A stretch of 32,915 nucleotides of DNA from a virus. Taxonomy: Duplodnaviria > Heunggongvirae > Uroviricota > Caudoviricetes. Shown piece after piece: positions 11,112 through 19,290 of the stretch. Each line of letters begins with the position of its first letter. The stretch's first letter is position 1. Location of the stretch: positions 1 through 32,915 of IMG/VR virus record IMGVR_UViG_2526164631_000025. One strand, 5' to 3'. The notes under the pieces are model-generated. The model did not search any database, had not been told where the DNA came from, and saw only the letters and a list, made by a program, of their open reading frames with translations. A program made the translations under genes and the position numbers.

Positions 11112-11804
11112 TCAGACTTTAAGCTGCCCTCCCTTCACCTGCATTAGCGTCAGATTTCCGCAAAAAACCGCGCCCGTGTCTATGTAGTGCTGATTCCAGT
11201 ATGCTTTTGGTCTTCGTACCGATGTGTGCCCAAAGATAAAGCGATCTGCGCCTGTGATTTCTCCACCAATGCCATCTATCGAATCACCGACGCGACTGCG
11301 CGACCAGACAACATCAAAAAGCGACACATCCTTACCGAACTGGTACTCTCCACCTGGATAGTCGGCATGGGCTATAACGATAGTTTCATGCCCGGTGTTC
11401 AACTCAATGATATATGGCAGACGCTTTACCAGCTCCACCAGCGCCTTGGCTAATATTTCCTGATCAGTGTCCAGCATGAAGAACCATTGTCCGCCATTCA
11501 TTAGCCAGTTATTCACGTTGCCATCAGGACTTAACGCATCAAGCATCAACCGCTCATGGTTCCCCATTACTGCCCTGAACCAGGGCATCTGCAATAGTTC
11601 CAGACATTCGACATTTTCAGTACCGCGATCGATAAGGTCGCCAACCGATATCAGTAAATCCTGCGCCGGGTCAAAATCCACACGATGGAGTTCGGACATC
11701 AGTCTGGTGTAGCAACCATGCAGATCACCAACAACCCATATGTTTCTATAGCCAGAACCATCAATACGGCTATATAAATTCACTTCATGCAGAGCCTGGG
11801 TCAT
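11112..11804 (-). CDS. Ser/Thr protein phosphatase (lambda PPase / PrpA-like metallophosphoesterase)
   Basis: GDLHGC, GDLIDRG and GNHE metallophosphatase motifs. Confidence 0.85.
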   Translation of the reverse strand: MTQALHEVNLYSRIDGSGYRNIWVVGDLHGCYTRLMSELHRVDFDPAQDLLISVGDLIDRGTENVECLELLQMPWFRAVMGNHERLMLDALSPDGNVNNWLMNGGQWFFMLDTDQEILAKALVELVKRLPYIIELNTGHETIVIAHADYPGGEYQFGKDVSLFDVVWSRSRVGDSIDGIGGEITGADRFIFGHTSVRRPKAYWNQHYIDTGAVFCGNLTLMQVKGGQLKV

Positions 11805-12112
11805 GCAGCAACCTTCTCACGCAGCCAGATACAAACCGGACCATCTTCAGTGTCATGAATAGAGCCAACAAACCAGCCTTCACCCTCTGGTCGCTCCGGT
11901 TCCCAGGCGGCAATATCGGGACCAGCTGCGTCCAGATCAAAATCATCTTCATCCATACTGCGAATAGTCCACTGAAGATTATTTTCCTTCATCCAGGCGT
12001 CAAATTCCTCAGTAGAAATATATTCACGACCTGCGCAAAACTTCTCATACTCCGGATGTGTCCAGCAGCCATATTCATCACGTTCTACCGGCATTTCTTT
12101 AATGATGCTCAC
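11801..12112 (-). CDS. hypothetical acidic protein (103 aa)
   Basis: Overlapping stop/start coupling in the operon. Confidence 0.45.
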   Translation of the reverse strand: MSIIKEMPVERDEYGCWTHPEYEKFCAGREYISTEEFDAWMKENNLQWTIRSMDEDDFDLDAAGPDIAAWEPERPEGEGWFVGSIHDTEDGPVCIWLREKVAA

Positions 12113-12333
12113 TCTTCATCCTCCAAGTCGGCAACGGCCTCCATCACATCAGAACCGCGAATAACCTCAAAAGCACGGCAGGCCATTTCAAACACCTGTT
12201 GTTCTTGCGGATGCGGTGACTCCCAATACTTAAAACCAGGTCGATGCTCGTAACCCATCATGGAATAAAAATCGCCAGCAAGTTCAATCGCGGCATCAAC
12301 AAGTTCGCGATTTGTCATCGTCTGTTCTGTCAT
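12109..12333 (-). CDS. hypothetical protein (74 aa)
   Basis: Coupled ORF. Confidence 0.4.
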   Translation of the reverse strand: MTEQTMTNRELVDAAIELAGDFYSMMGYEHRPGFKYWESPHPQEQQVFEMACRAFEVIRGSDVMEAVADLEDEE

Positions 12334-12605
12334 TTGGTTTTCTCCTGTCTGAACATCACTATCATCAGGTCGCCTTTTGTCGCTATTCTGGCTGTTGTGC
12401 CTGGTTCAATGCGGCTAAGCTCAAATGCGTCATAGAACGCTTCTAATGCCTTCTGGCGTAGTTCCTGTTTGCGCCGTTTTTTCCACTCTTTTAGGAAAAT
12501 GGAACCCAGCCATCCCCATGTACGGGACATGATGTAAAGCCAACCGAGAAGTGCCAGACCGGTATTTAGGGCCGTATCGATCGTTATCGTGGTGTCGATA
12601 TTCAC
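12330..12605 (-). CDS. hypothetical protein (91 aa) with a hydrophobic segment
   Basis: Coupled ORF; LALLGWLYIMSRTWGWLGSIF. Confidence 0.4.
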   Translation of the reverse strand: MNIDTTITIDTALNTGLALLGWLYIMSRTWGWLGSIFLKEWKKRRKQELRQKALEAFYDAFELSRIEPGTTARIATKGDLMIVMFRQEKTK

Positions 12606-12850
12606 TGTGGTGGCTCCTGCTTTTCTGCCTTTAATACCATGCGAGAACCATCATCCAGCTCCCAATTAATTTCACCGCCTTCAGCCATGACTAGATGCCA
12701 AACGAGTTGTGCGGCCTCGTTGGTTACATCACGACCGCGATCATTGCCGACACGACGTTTTGTTCCATCCCCTAAGTCACGCATTTTTGCCAACACGATG
12801 GTTTTTGATAGCGGTGAAAAACCAAGCTGTAGTCGTGCGGTATTACTCAC
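12602..12850 (-). CDS. hypothetical protein (82 aa)
   Basis: Coupled ORF. Confidence 0.4.
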   Translation of the reverse strand: MSNTARLQLGFSPLSKTIVLAKMRDLGDGTKRRVGNDRGRDVTNEAAQLVWHLVMAEGGEINWELDDGSRMVLKAEKQEPPQ

Positions 12851-13488
12851 TGTTTGCCTCCTTTTCGAAGCTGGGCAGCGAACCTATCAGCTGCATCCGC
12901 GCAAGCAGAAGCAACGGAATCAAAAAATGGATCATCTCCGGTATCGCGCATCGTCAAAGCGAATGCCTCCACCCCTTGTGCCTGTATTTCTACAAGGTAT
13001 GCCTTAGATGTAGTGCTTTTCGCCTCGCCTAATTCGTTATGAGCGATGTTCGCTATACATGCGATGTCTATATCTGGATGATTAATTGGGCAATGGCTAA
13101 GAATTGCCTCAAGTGCTGCTTTTTTGCTTTGGCATTCCGCCACCATCGCCCCGCAATTGCTTTCATATTCGGCAATACGCTGTTTAGCAGCCTCCAGCTC
13201 AACACGCAGCTTCTCAAGCGTTAGAGCCATCTCCATGTTCTCGTCCAGCAGTTCAATCACATCAGGATCGCTATCATCAACTACTGTTATGCGCGATTTT
13301 TTGTAATGCTCGTCAGCATAAGTTCGTCCAGTTTTGAAGCATCCGTCGTCCTCCATGCCGGAACAGGCATAAACAACATGTGATCCAGATATGCGCTGCA
13401 TTGACATTTCCTCGCCACAAACAGAGCATTTAGGCGCTGGTTTCGGTGAAAAACGTTCACGTAACGTATGATAGTAAAGCTCGCTCAC
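12847..13488 (-). CDS. Ea22-like coiled-coil paralog with N-terminal Cys-rich region
   Basis: LEKLRVELEAAKQRIAEYE module and C-terminal ...AAQLRKGGKQ shared with neighbours. Confidence 0.5.
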   Translation of the reverse strand: MSELYYHTLRERFSPKPAPKCSVCGEEMSMQRISGSHVVYACSGMEDDGCFKTGRTYADEHYKKSRITVVDDSDPDVIELLDENMEMALTLEKLRVELEAAKQRIAEYESNCGAMVAECQSKKAALEAILSHCPINHPDIDIACIANIAHNELGEAKSTTSKAYLVEIQAQGVEAFALTMRDTGDDPFFDSVASACADAADRFAAQLRKGGKQ

Positions 13489-14282
13489 TGGCTGCCTCCT
13501 TTGCGAAGCTGTTCAGCGATATCTTCGAGAACGCCATCAGAGAATGAGCGGTCAAAATCGCCTTCCCGCGCATTAGCCATAAACTCAGTAGAGGTAAGAA
13601 TCATCCGGGCAATATCCGCGGCGTTCTTCGCAGTATCATCAATAAAACCAGCTTCCCAAGCAGCCAGCATTCTGTTCGCCACAAAGTAAGCGCCCTCCTT
13701 GCGTGCTTCAGTCTTCACTTCATCCAGGAAAGTGTCGGTCGCAGGAGTGGTTTTTTGTGGTGATAGGGCGATACGAATTGTTTCAAGAGCTGGATCTATT
13801 TCCACTGTTGGCACTTTGATAAAACCAAGCTGCACGCCATTCATAATGAACGTGCGGCGATCCTCACATATCGCCTTCAGTCTCGCATTCTCCGCAGCCA
13901 GCGCCGCGCGATTACCCTCCAGCTCTGCAATGCGCTGTTTTGCGGTATCAAGTTCAATCGATAATTTTTCCAACTGCTCTTTATGCTTCTTATATTCCTG
14001 ATATGCGTGCCAGGACTGACCTTTGCGCACACTATCAGTAATATCAGTAATCTGTTCTGGTGTTAGCGTGGTCAGTGGCTGTGCTGGGAAAATCAGCACT
14101 TTCCCGGAATCCCAATCAAAACCAGCGTGAATTGACTGAACCTCAACTGAGGGTGTTGAACCAATGCTGCCAGGCGAATGAATAACGATTGTTACATCCA
14201 TATCGCGACGATGGCTGTGGTTGTTGGACAAAATACGATTCACCAACTCAGAAAATTTGGAGAATTTCATGCGGAGCCTCAA
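13485..14282 (-). CDS. Ea22-like coiled-coil paralog (265 aa)
   Basis: IELDTAKQRIAELEGNRAALAAENARLK and C-terminal ...EQLRKGGSQ modules. Confidence 0.5.
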   Translation of the reverse strand: MRLRMKFSKFSELVNRILSNNHSHRRDMDVTIVIHSPGSIGSTPSVEVQSIHAGFDWDSGKVLIFPAQPLTTLTPEQITDITDSVRKGQSWHAYQEYKKHKEQLEKLSIELDTAKQRIAELEGNRAALAAENARLKAICEDRRTFIMNGVQLGFIKVPTVEIDPALETIRIALSPQKTTPATDTFLDEVKTEARKEGAYFVANRMLAAWEAGFIDDTAKNAADIARMILTSTEFMANAREGDFDRSFSDGVLEDIAEQLRKGGSQ

Positions 14283-14689
14283 TATGCAAAATAGACCGTT
14301 GCCACGCCGTTATAGTGATCAAACGATACGGCGTTTACTTCATAACTGGCCGGGAGCTTCGAGCCAAGAACGTATCCGGGCCACGTTTTCCATGGAATTT
14401 CTCTATTCTCACTACCCCCATATACCGTACATCCAAGTGAACCTACAGCTTCATTAGAACGCGTGCCGCACGTTATGAATCCCAGATTTTGCTTACTGCT
14501 CTTAATGGTGATTGAGTGAACGCTGGCTGATGCATTAGCAGCACGCTGTGCCTGTTGGTTTGCGATATTCGCAGAGTTCGCAGCAGCTACAGCAGCCGTA
14601 GTCGCGGCGGTAGAGGCTACAATAGCTGCTGAAGCATGCACTTGTTGGATATTCACCAACAATGCCGCGACAAAAATCATCTTCTTCAC
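14279..14689 (-). CDS. small secreted protein (136 aa) with signal peptide
   Basis: MKKMIFVAALLVNIQQVHA signal-like N-terminus followed by an Ala/Ser/Thr-rich region. Confidence 0.5.
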   Translation of the reverse strand: MKKMIFVAALLVNIQQVHASAAIVASTAATTAAVAAANSANIANQQAQRAANASASVHSITIKSSKQNLGFITCGTRSNEAVGSLGCTVYGGSENREIPWKTWPGYVLGSKLPASYEVNAVSFDHYNGVATVYFAY

Positions 14690-15174
14690 TTGTCAGCTCC
14701 TTTGCGAATCTGTTCCGCCCATTCTTCAAGGGATTTCTCCGCATATTCACCGGACAGGCCATCAATCGGGTGCGGTTCATTAGCCAACTCTTCTTTCGCT
14801 GACAGAATCATGCGTGTAACGTCGAAAACTTCACGTAAAGACTTATTGATAAATCCGTGGTTGAAAGCAGCAGCAAGACGGCTTGCGGTATAGTTAATCC
14901 CCTCGTTGCGAGCCTCCGCACGAATTTCAGCCAGAAAAGCATCGGTGGCTGGAGTTTCGCTGTGGTGCAGGGCATCGTTGATAATCATTGCAGCAACTCC
15001 GGCCTGCCCTGCATCCGTGACCGACACATGCTCAAGAGTTACAGCCATTGCATGTTTCAGCCCAGCATTCTCCGCCGCCAGCGCCGAGCGTTCTTTCTCA
15101 AGTCGGGAAATTTCCGTTACATACTCAGCGTTACGCTCTGCCAGTTGTGCTGGCGTTAAACCTTCAGACTTCAT
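14686..15174 (-). CDS. Ea22-like coiled-coil paralog (162 aa)
   Basis: ISRLEKERSALAAENAGLK module and C-terminal ...EQIRKGADK. Confidence 0.5.
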   Translation of the reverse strand: MKSEGLTPAQLAERNAEYVTEISRLEKERSALAAENAGLKHAMAVTLEHVSVTDAGQAGVAAMIINDALHHSETPATDAFLAEIRAEARNEGINYTASRLAAAFNHGFINKSLREVFDVTRMILSAKEELANEPHPIDGLSGEYAEKSLEEWAEQIRKGADK

Positions 15175-15481
15175 GTACTCTCCTTTCGAAATAAACGTAC
15201 TGATTAATCATGCTCAAGGGCATTTCGAGTTTTTCTGCGATCTCACGGCGGGGAACACCACACCGATGAAGCTGCCGTGCCAGTTCTATATCGCCCTGCC
15301 GGTATTTGGCTGACGGGTGAAAGTCTCCTTTCAGAATCATGCAGATCCGCAGTTGCCGCGCTTTGGTTCTGACAGCACTACCGGTACGCCCGATCAGCCT
15401 CCCAATACTCACGACTGTCATAGTCCCGGCGCACTGGCGGAGTATCATGATTTCCGCCCTTCCCCATCCCCGCCAGCTCAC
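15164..15481 (-). CDS. hypothetical protein (105 aa or shorter), possible HTH
   Basis: Start overlaps the upstream stop; REIAEKLEMPLSMINQYV HTH-like segment; true start uncertain. Confidence 0.4.
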   Translation of the reverse strand: MSWRGWGRAEIMILRQCAGTMTVVSIGRLIGRTGSAVRTKARQLRICMILKGDFHPSAKYRQGDIELARQLHRCGVPRREIAEKLEMPLSMINQYVYFERRVHEV

Positions 15482-16101
15482 GCTGACATCCTCTGAGACA
15501 TAAACTCCACAAAACGAACTGCATCTTCAGAAACAACGCCGCATGACTTCAGATAATTCATTGCGTCATTAGGTAGCGGATTAGTTGGTTCGGCATTTGC
15601 CAGGGATTGAGATAAACGCGTGATTAATTTGACCATTCTCCGCTGCCGGAGGTTGTATCCTTCAGCCAAAGACAGGTAACTGGAAAGGGTTTTGCTTAAG
15701 CGGGCGCGAAGCTGATCCGTGCCGTGACATTCAATAGCAACATCACGTAACGCATTTACCAGTTCACGGTAAATATGCGGAGCAACCTGGCATTCAATGT
15801 TGGTTTGTGACTCATAAATTACAGTCAGCCCCAGCTTTTCAGCCAGCGCGTGCTCTGCGCGAGCACCAACCGATTCTTCCCATTGATTGAGCAGATAGAT
15901 CGCATCAGCAGAACGCACCATTGCCAGGCAAATATCCATGTATTCACTCTGGCAAAGGCCACCAGGTAACACAGCTGGATTCAGAACGATATGCCCTTCA
16001 GACATCAGCTCGCTCGCTTTCGCATTAAACGCAGCACGGTTGTAATCTGGATAACCAGTCATCGGCCCCGCGATGTAAATTTTCAAAACACGTTTCACCA
16101 T
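15478..16101 (-). CDS. DUF4406-like (nucleoside 2-deoxyribosyltransferase-like fold) protein with C-terminal shared module
   Basis: N-terminus MVKRVLKIYIAGPMTGYPDYNRAAF...LNPA typical of DUF4406; residues about 105-141 match the C-terminus of the 454-aa protein. Confidence 0.55.
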   Translation of the reverse strand: MVKRVLKIYIAGPMTGYPDYNRAAFNAKASELMSEGHIVLNPAVLPGGLCQSEYMDICLAMVRSADAIYLLNQWEESVGARAEHALAEKLGLTVIYESQTNIECQVAPHIYRELVNALRDVAIECHGTDQLRARLSKTLSSYLSLAEGYNLRQRRMVKLITRLSQSLANAEPTNPLPNDAMNYLKSCGVVSEDAVRFVEFMSQRMSA

Positions 16102-16256
16102 CAAAATTTCCCCAAAATCGTGACGCAAAACATAAGCACTGCGAAAAGCTCAATACCAAGCTCAAGTAGCGCCAACGCCCCGAAAAACAACACATAGAAC
16201 AGGCCAATCTCATTCACAGATGGCTGGTGGATCGCACTTAAAGCTATAAGCATCAT
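16101..16256 (-). CDS. small hydrophobic membrane peptide (51 aa), first gene of the leftward operon
   Basis: Not in the ORF track (below 60 aa); ATGATG start preceded by GGAGGA; stop TGA overlaps the DUF4406 ATG (ATGA); sequence MMLIALSAIHQPSVNEIGLFYVLFFGALALLELGIELFAVLMFCVTILGKF. Confidence 0.45.
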   Translation of the reverse strand: MMLIALSAIHQPSVNEIGLFYVLFFGALALLELGIELFAVLMFCVTILGKF

Positions 16257-16373
16257 GTCCTCCAAACAGTTATCAGGAATGATATTAATGTTTTGTGTTA
16301 GAAAATCAATTTTGAATATCTAATCATTTTGATCAATCATAGAAAAATCGCTGAAAAGTAAGAGGCAGCCATC

Positions 16374-16951
16374 ATGCAGAAACAGAGCTATTGGGAGAAA
16401 CAGAGACAAAAAGCCATGCAAAAATTGGCTGACCCAGCCTGGCGAGAGGAACAAAGGGCAAAGCGCCTTCAACAAGCTCAACGCCAGCAGCAGCGAGCGA
16501 GAGAAAAAGCCGCATCGCCTGAATATCGGCAAAAGAAAATTGAAAAAGCAAAGCAATATGAACAGCGGAGAAAAGATAAAGCTGTATCCGCTCCGTCCAA
16601 AAAACACGCACGTCACGCGGCCTGAAAGGCAGATCACTCACAGCCGATGAACGCCGGATACAGACCGCTATCGGTGCTCTCCCCTGCATTGCCTGCCATA
16701 TTCACGGGCAACATAGCCCAGTGGTATCCCTGCACCATATCTTCGGGAGAACGGCAGAGAACGCACATAGATATGTCCTCCCTTTGTGTAAATGGCACCA
16801 CCAGTACGCAGCGCCAGCCGAGGTCCGAGAACAATATCCCTGGCTGGTCCCTGTTCATGCTGACGGAAAAATAGGCGGAAAAGCAGATTTCATGCGGCAC
16901 AATGCCGATGAAATGACGTTGTATCAGATGGCGATTGAATTGATAAATTAG
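16374..16951 (+). pseudogene. HNH endonuclease, apparently split by a 1-nt frameshift in an A6 run (16599-16604)
   Basis: Frame 1 (16374-16625) encodes a basic K/R/Q-rich 83-aa peptide; the next frame is open from 16580 with no canonical start and encodes CIAC...HHIFGRTAENAHRYVLPLCKWHH (complete HNH signature); one extra A would fuse them. Confidence 0.5.
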
Positions 16952-17196
16952 TTTTCTAACATTTTAAGTTGAATTGTAAATTTCTCCGATGTACATTCAC
17001 TACCGATTGGCACACCGGTCAACTTTTTGAGACAAACTGTTTAGTTTTTCGTATTATTGCCGCCGCTATACCTATGGCGGTGCAATATAGGTGGCTGAAA
17101 AGCCCCCGTTGACTCACGGTGTTCCAGCCTTTATTGCGCCGCCACCAGACCGTGGAACAGTCGATGGCGGCTCCGAAAGCAAGGAGTCACCACACT

Positions 17197-17286
17197 ATGA
17201 ACAGCTACTGTCTTTTCCCATCACTCGTTGTCCGCCACTCACGCGATAATCTGCATTCTTTACTCGCGCTGGGGGTGTCAAAATGA
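17197..17286 (+). CDS. mini-ORF (29 aa) with strong SD, coupled to the downstream ORF
   Basis: AAGGAG 9 nt upstream of ATG; stop overlaps the next ATG (ATGA); below the ORF track cutoff. Confidence 0.3.
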   Translation: MNSYCLFPSLVVRHSRDNLHSLLALGVSK

Positions 17287-17450
17287 CCGTTCGCTACCTC
17301 AACTTTCAAATCCAGAACATCACTGGCGGTTGCTATGACTGGTTTGTCACTCTCGGAAAAGAAGTGATCACCGGGAAGCTGGATGAAGTGAAAGCTAAAG
17401 CAATGGCCTACGCCTGCAAGCAAGCCCGGAAGAAATCCGCCAAAGCATAA
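17283..17450 (+). CDS. small basic protein (55 aa)
   Basis: MTVRYLNFQIQNITGGCYDWFVTLGKEVITGKLDEVKAKAMAYACKQARKKSAKA; GGGGG SD-like element upstream; below the ORF track cutoff. Confidence 0.4.
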   Translation: MTVRYLNFQIQNITGGCYDWFVTLGKEVITGKLDEVKAKAMAYACKQARKKSAKA

Positions 17451-17499
17451 AATACTGACTGTTGCGCCCTGGCATTATCGTGGGGTATATTTCTACGGC

Positions 17500-17740
17500 A
17501 CCTTAGAAAAACGGGTGCCGGGATTGGAACCCCGGATAATGCAAAAGGCGACACAGACGCCGAAAGCGTCTTTTTTTGTGTCATGCCATCGCACAGCCAT
17601 ACGTAGCGTTTAGCTCAGAGATCAATGGTAGTGCTGGCTGGGCTGCCGAAAGGCAGGCCGGTTCCCTTTTGCGCCGGTAGTTCCAACCCAGTCAGTGCTA
17701 CCGCCATTGAGATTGGAACCTCACGCGGTAGCTCCTTAAA
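17500..17740 (+). ncRNA. putative c4-type antisense RNA / structured leader upstream of icd-like gene
   Basis: ORF-free stretch with hairpins, an internal terminator, GATTGGAACC repeats at 17521-17530 and 17711-17720 and complementary GGTTCC/GTTCCAA between them; sits directly upstream of icd-like and antirepressor-like genes as in P1 immI. Confidence 0.3.
17556..17577 (+). terminator. rho-independent terminator
   Basis: GACGC-CGAAA-GCGTC hairpin followed by T7. Confidence 0.55.
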
Positions 17741-17762
17741 TTAGCAAAAGGAGGCTGCCAAT

Positions 17763-17978
17763 ATGGCTACTATCCCTACCCCAACTCATTCTGAATTTAT
17801 CTGGCGTTTCTATTCCTGCCAAAAACACCTGTATATCTGCGTCATGGCTGCTACCGAAGCAGAAGCTCGTTCATACCTTCCTGAAGAACCCTGCATTTTT
17901 GCCGCACGCTTCACTCTTGATGCGATGGAGATCCTAAATTACTGGAATCTGCCAATGAACTGCGTGGAGGTGCACTGA
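17763..17978 (+). CDS. Icd-like small protein (host cell division inhibitor Icd-like family)
   Basis: 71 aa with FIWRF...ATEAEAR...FAAR pattern recalled from Icd-like proteins; AAAGGAGG SD; stop overlaps the next start. Confidence 0.5.
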   Translation: MATIPTPTHSEFIWRFYSCQKHLYICVMAATEAEARSYLPEEPCIFAARFTLDAMEILNYWNLPMNCVEVH

Positions 17979-18919
17979 TGAATCTGTCCATCTCTCAAAA
18001 AGCGACAATGACCAGTATTGAGATCGCGGAACTGGTAGGTAAGCGTCATGATAATGTGAAGCGTACCATTGAAGTATTAACTAAAGGTGGTGTCATTCAA
18101 TTTCCTCAAATTGAGGAAATTGAAAATAAACAATCAGTTGGCCCTCGTCGATTTTCCAAGGCTTACATATTTGAAGGCGAACAAGGAAAACGAGACAGCA
18201 TCATTGTCGTCGCGCAGCTCTCTCCGGAATTCACCGCCCGGCTGGTGGACCGCTGGCGCGAACTGGAGAATGCCCGGGTACAGTTAAAATCAAAAGCCGA
18301 AATTCTGGCTGAAATGGCGCAAATGCATCTTGAGCATGAACGCCGGATCAACGCCGTAAATGCCCAGGTAGCCGAGGTATCAGCACAAGTATCGATGGTC
18401 GCTGAAACACTCGAGCAAATCAAGAAAGGCAATATTCCGGAAGGCTACATTGGCTACCGCCAGCTGGCGGCGAAATGTGGCCTGACTGAAGCCAAATGTC
18501 GCAACCTGGTTAACGCTTTCCGGATTCCCACCGATACACATGAGTTTTTAACTCCAGATGGTTTGCTTGCGCGACGCTCCATTGTGGCCCTGGTCCCCTT
18601 CCGGAAAGCCTTTAAGCAGGTGATGTCGGAGGCAGAACCACGCAATAAACGCTGGTATCATCCAAAGATGGGGATGTTTCAGGCAATCCACCATCCTGTG
18701 CCTGAAAGCCCAAAGGATAATCTGTCACTACATACCGTCAGAGAGAAGATCAGGACTGGATACGCAACAGTGTGTCGTCGTTCTTCCTGGCCTGAAGGTA
18801 TATGGGTGTGGCCCGAAGGTGGATCACGAAAGCACTGGCGCACCATCCGTGACGGGAAAATCCATGCTATTGATTTAGCTCCAGAGGATGTTATTGCTAT
18901 GGACTGGATTGTTAGTTAA
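17978..18919 (+). CDS. Rha-family phage regulatory / antirepressor-like protein
   Basis: N-terminal TSIEIAELVGKRHDNVKRTIEVL matches the Rha N-terminal signature; 313 aa. Confidence 0.6.
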   Translation: MNLSISQKATMTSIEIAELVGKRHDNVKRTIEVLTKGGVIQFPQIEEIENKQSVGPRRFSKAYIFEGEQGKRDSIIVVAQLSPEFTARLVDRWRELENARVQLKSKAEILAEMAQMHLEHERRINAVNAQVAEVSAQVSMVAETLEQIKKGNIPEGYIGYRQLAAKCGLTEAKCRNLVNAFRIPTDTHEFLTPDGLLARRSIVALVPFRKAFKQVMSEAEPRNKRWYHPKMGMFQAIHHPVPESPKDNLSLHTVREKIRTGYATVCRRSSWPEGIWVWPEGGSRKHWRTIRDGKIHAIDLAPEDVIAMDWIVS

Positions 18920-18928
18920 ATGCTGCAT

Positions 18929-18950
18929 CCCCGGCGACGCCGGGGATTTA
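18929..18950 (+). terminator. putative terminator hairpin
   Basis: CCCCGGCG/CGCCGGGG inverted repeat right after the stop; weak T-tract. Confidence 0.4.
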
Positions 18951-18978
18951 ACTGCCAAATAATCGGATTATCCGCACG

Positions 18979-19290
18979 ATGAAAAAAATAGATTTCACTT
19001 ATTCTGCCGCCACACTTGAGCGGCGCTTCACCCTCATTAGAGAGTTGGAACTGTCAAAAGTCTGGTATCAAATCCTACTGGATGAAGAGTTTTCACTGAT
19101 GGTTATAGCAGAAAAATTGGCTATGCCTAATGATCGGCACAAGGTCATAGCCAGCCTCGATCTGGTGACAAACAGATACTGGGAAACAGAGGAACTACAT
19201 GAGGCGGGAGTAATTCGTGACCTGATGGAGAATTCCGTTCCCCGCCGCTATCGTGCAGGGAACGGCATCTCCGTGGTTAAAGGTGTTTAA
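18979..19290 (+). CDS. hypothetical protein (103 aa)
   Basis: ORF only; weak SD. Confidence 0.4.
   Translation: MKKIDFTYSAATLERRFTLIRELELSKVWYQILLDEEFSLMVIAEKLAMPNDRHKVIASLDLVTNRYWETEELHEAGVIRDLMENSVPRRYRAGNGISVVKGV

Noticed and set aside
7929-15174. Possible CRISPR array or tandem repeat array among the repeated sequences
   Set aside because: The repeats are irregular in spacing and length, lie within coding paralogs (Ea22-like family), and lack a repeat-spacer structure.
16025-16213. Minus-strand ORF 16025-16213 (62 aa)
   Set aside because: It overlaps the DUF4406-like gene out of frame; the SD-preceded 51-aa ORF at 16101-16256 in another frame is the better call.
16952-17196. Possible tRNA gene or attachment site in the ORF-free regions 16952-17196, 17451-17762 and 22716-22909
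   Set aside because: No cloverleaf-compatible sequence with a T-loop GTTCRANYC motif and no integrase nearby; the GGATTGGAACCCC hairpin at 17520-17532 fits an sRNA/operator hairpin better.
17205-17423. Minus-strand ORF 17205-17423 (72 aa)
   Set aside because: No SD and an odd composition; the same DNA encodes two SD-preceded, coupled plus-strand mini-ORFs, which I prefer.
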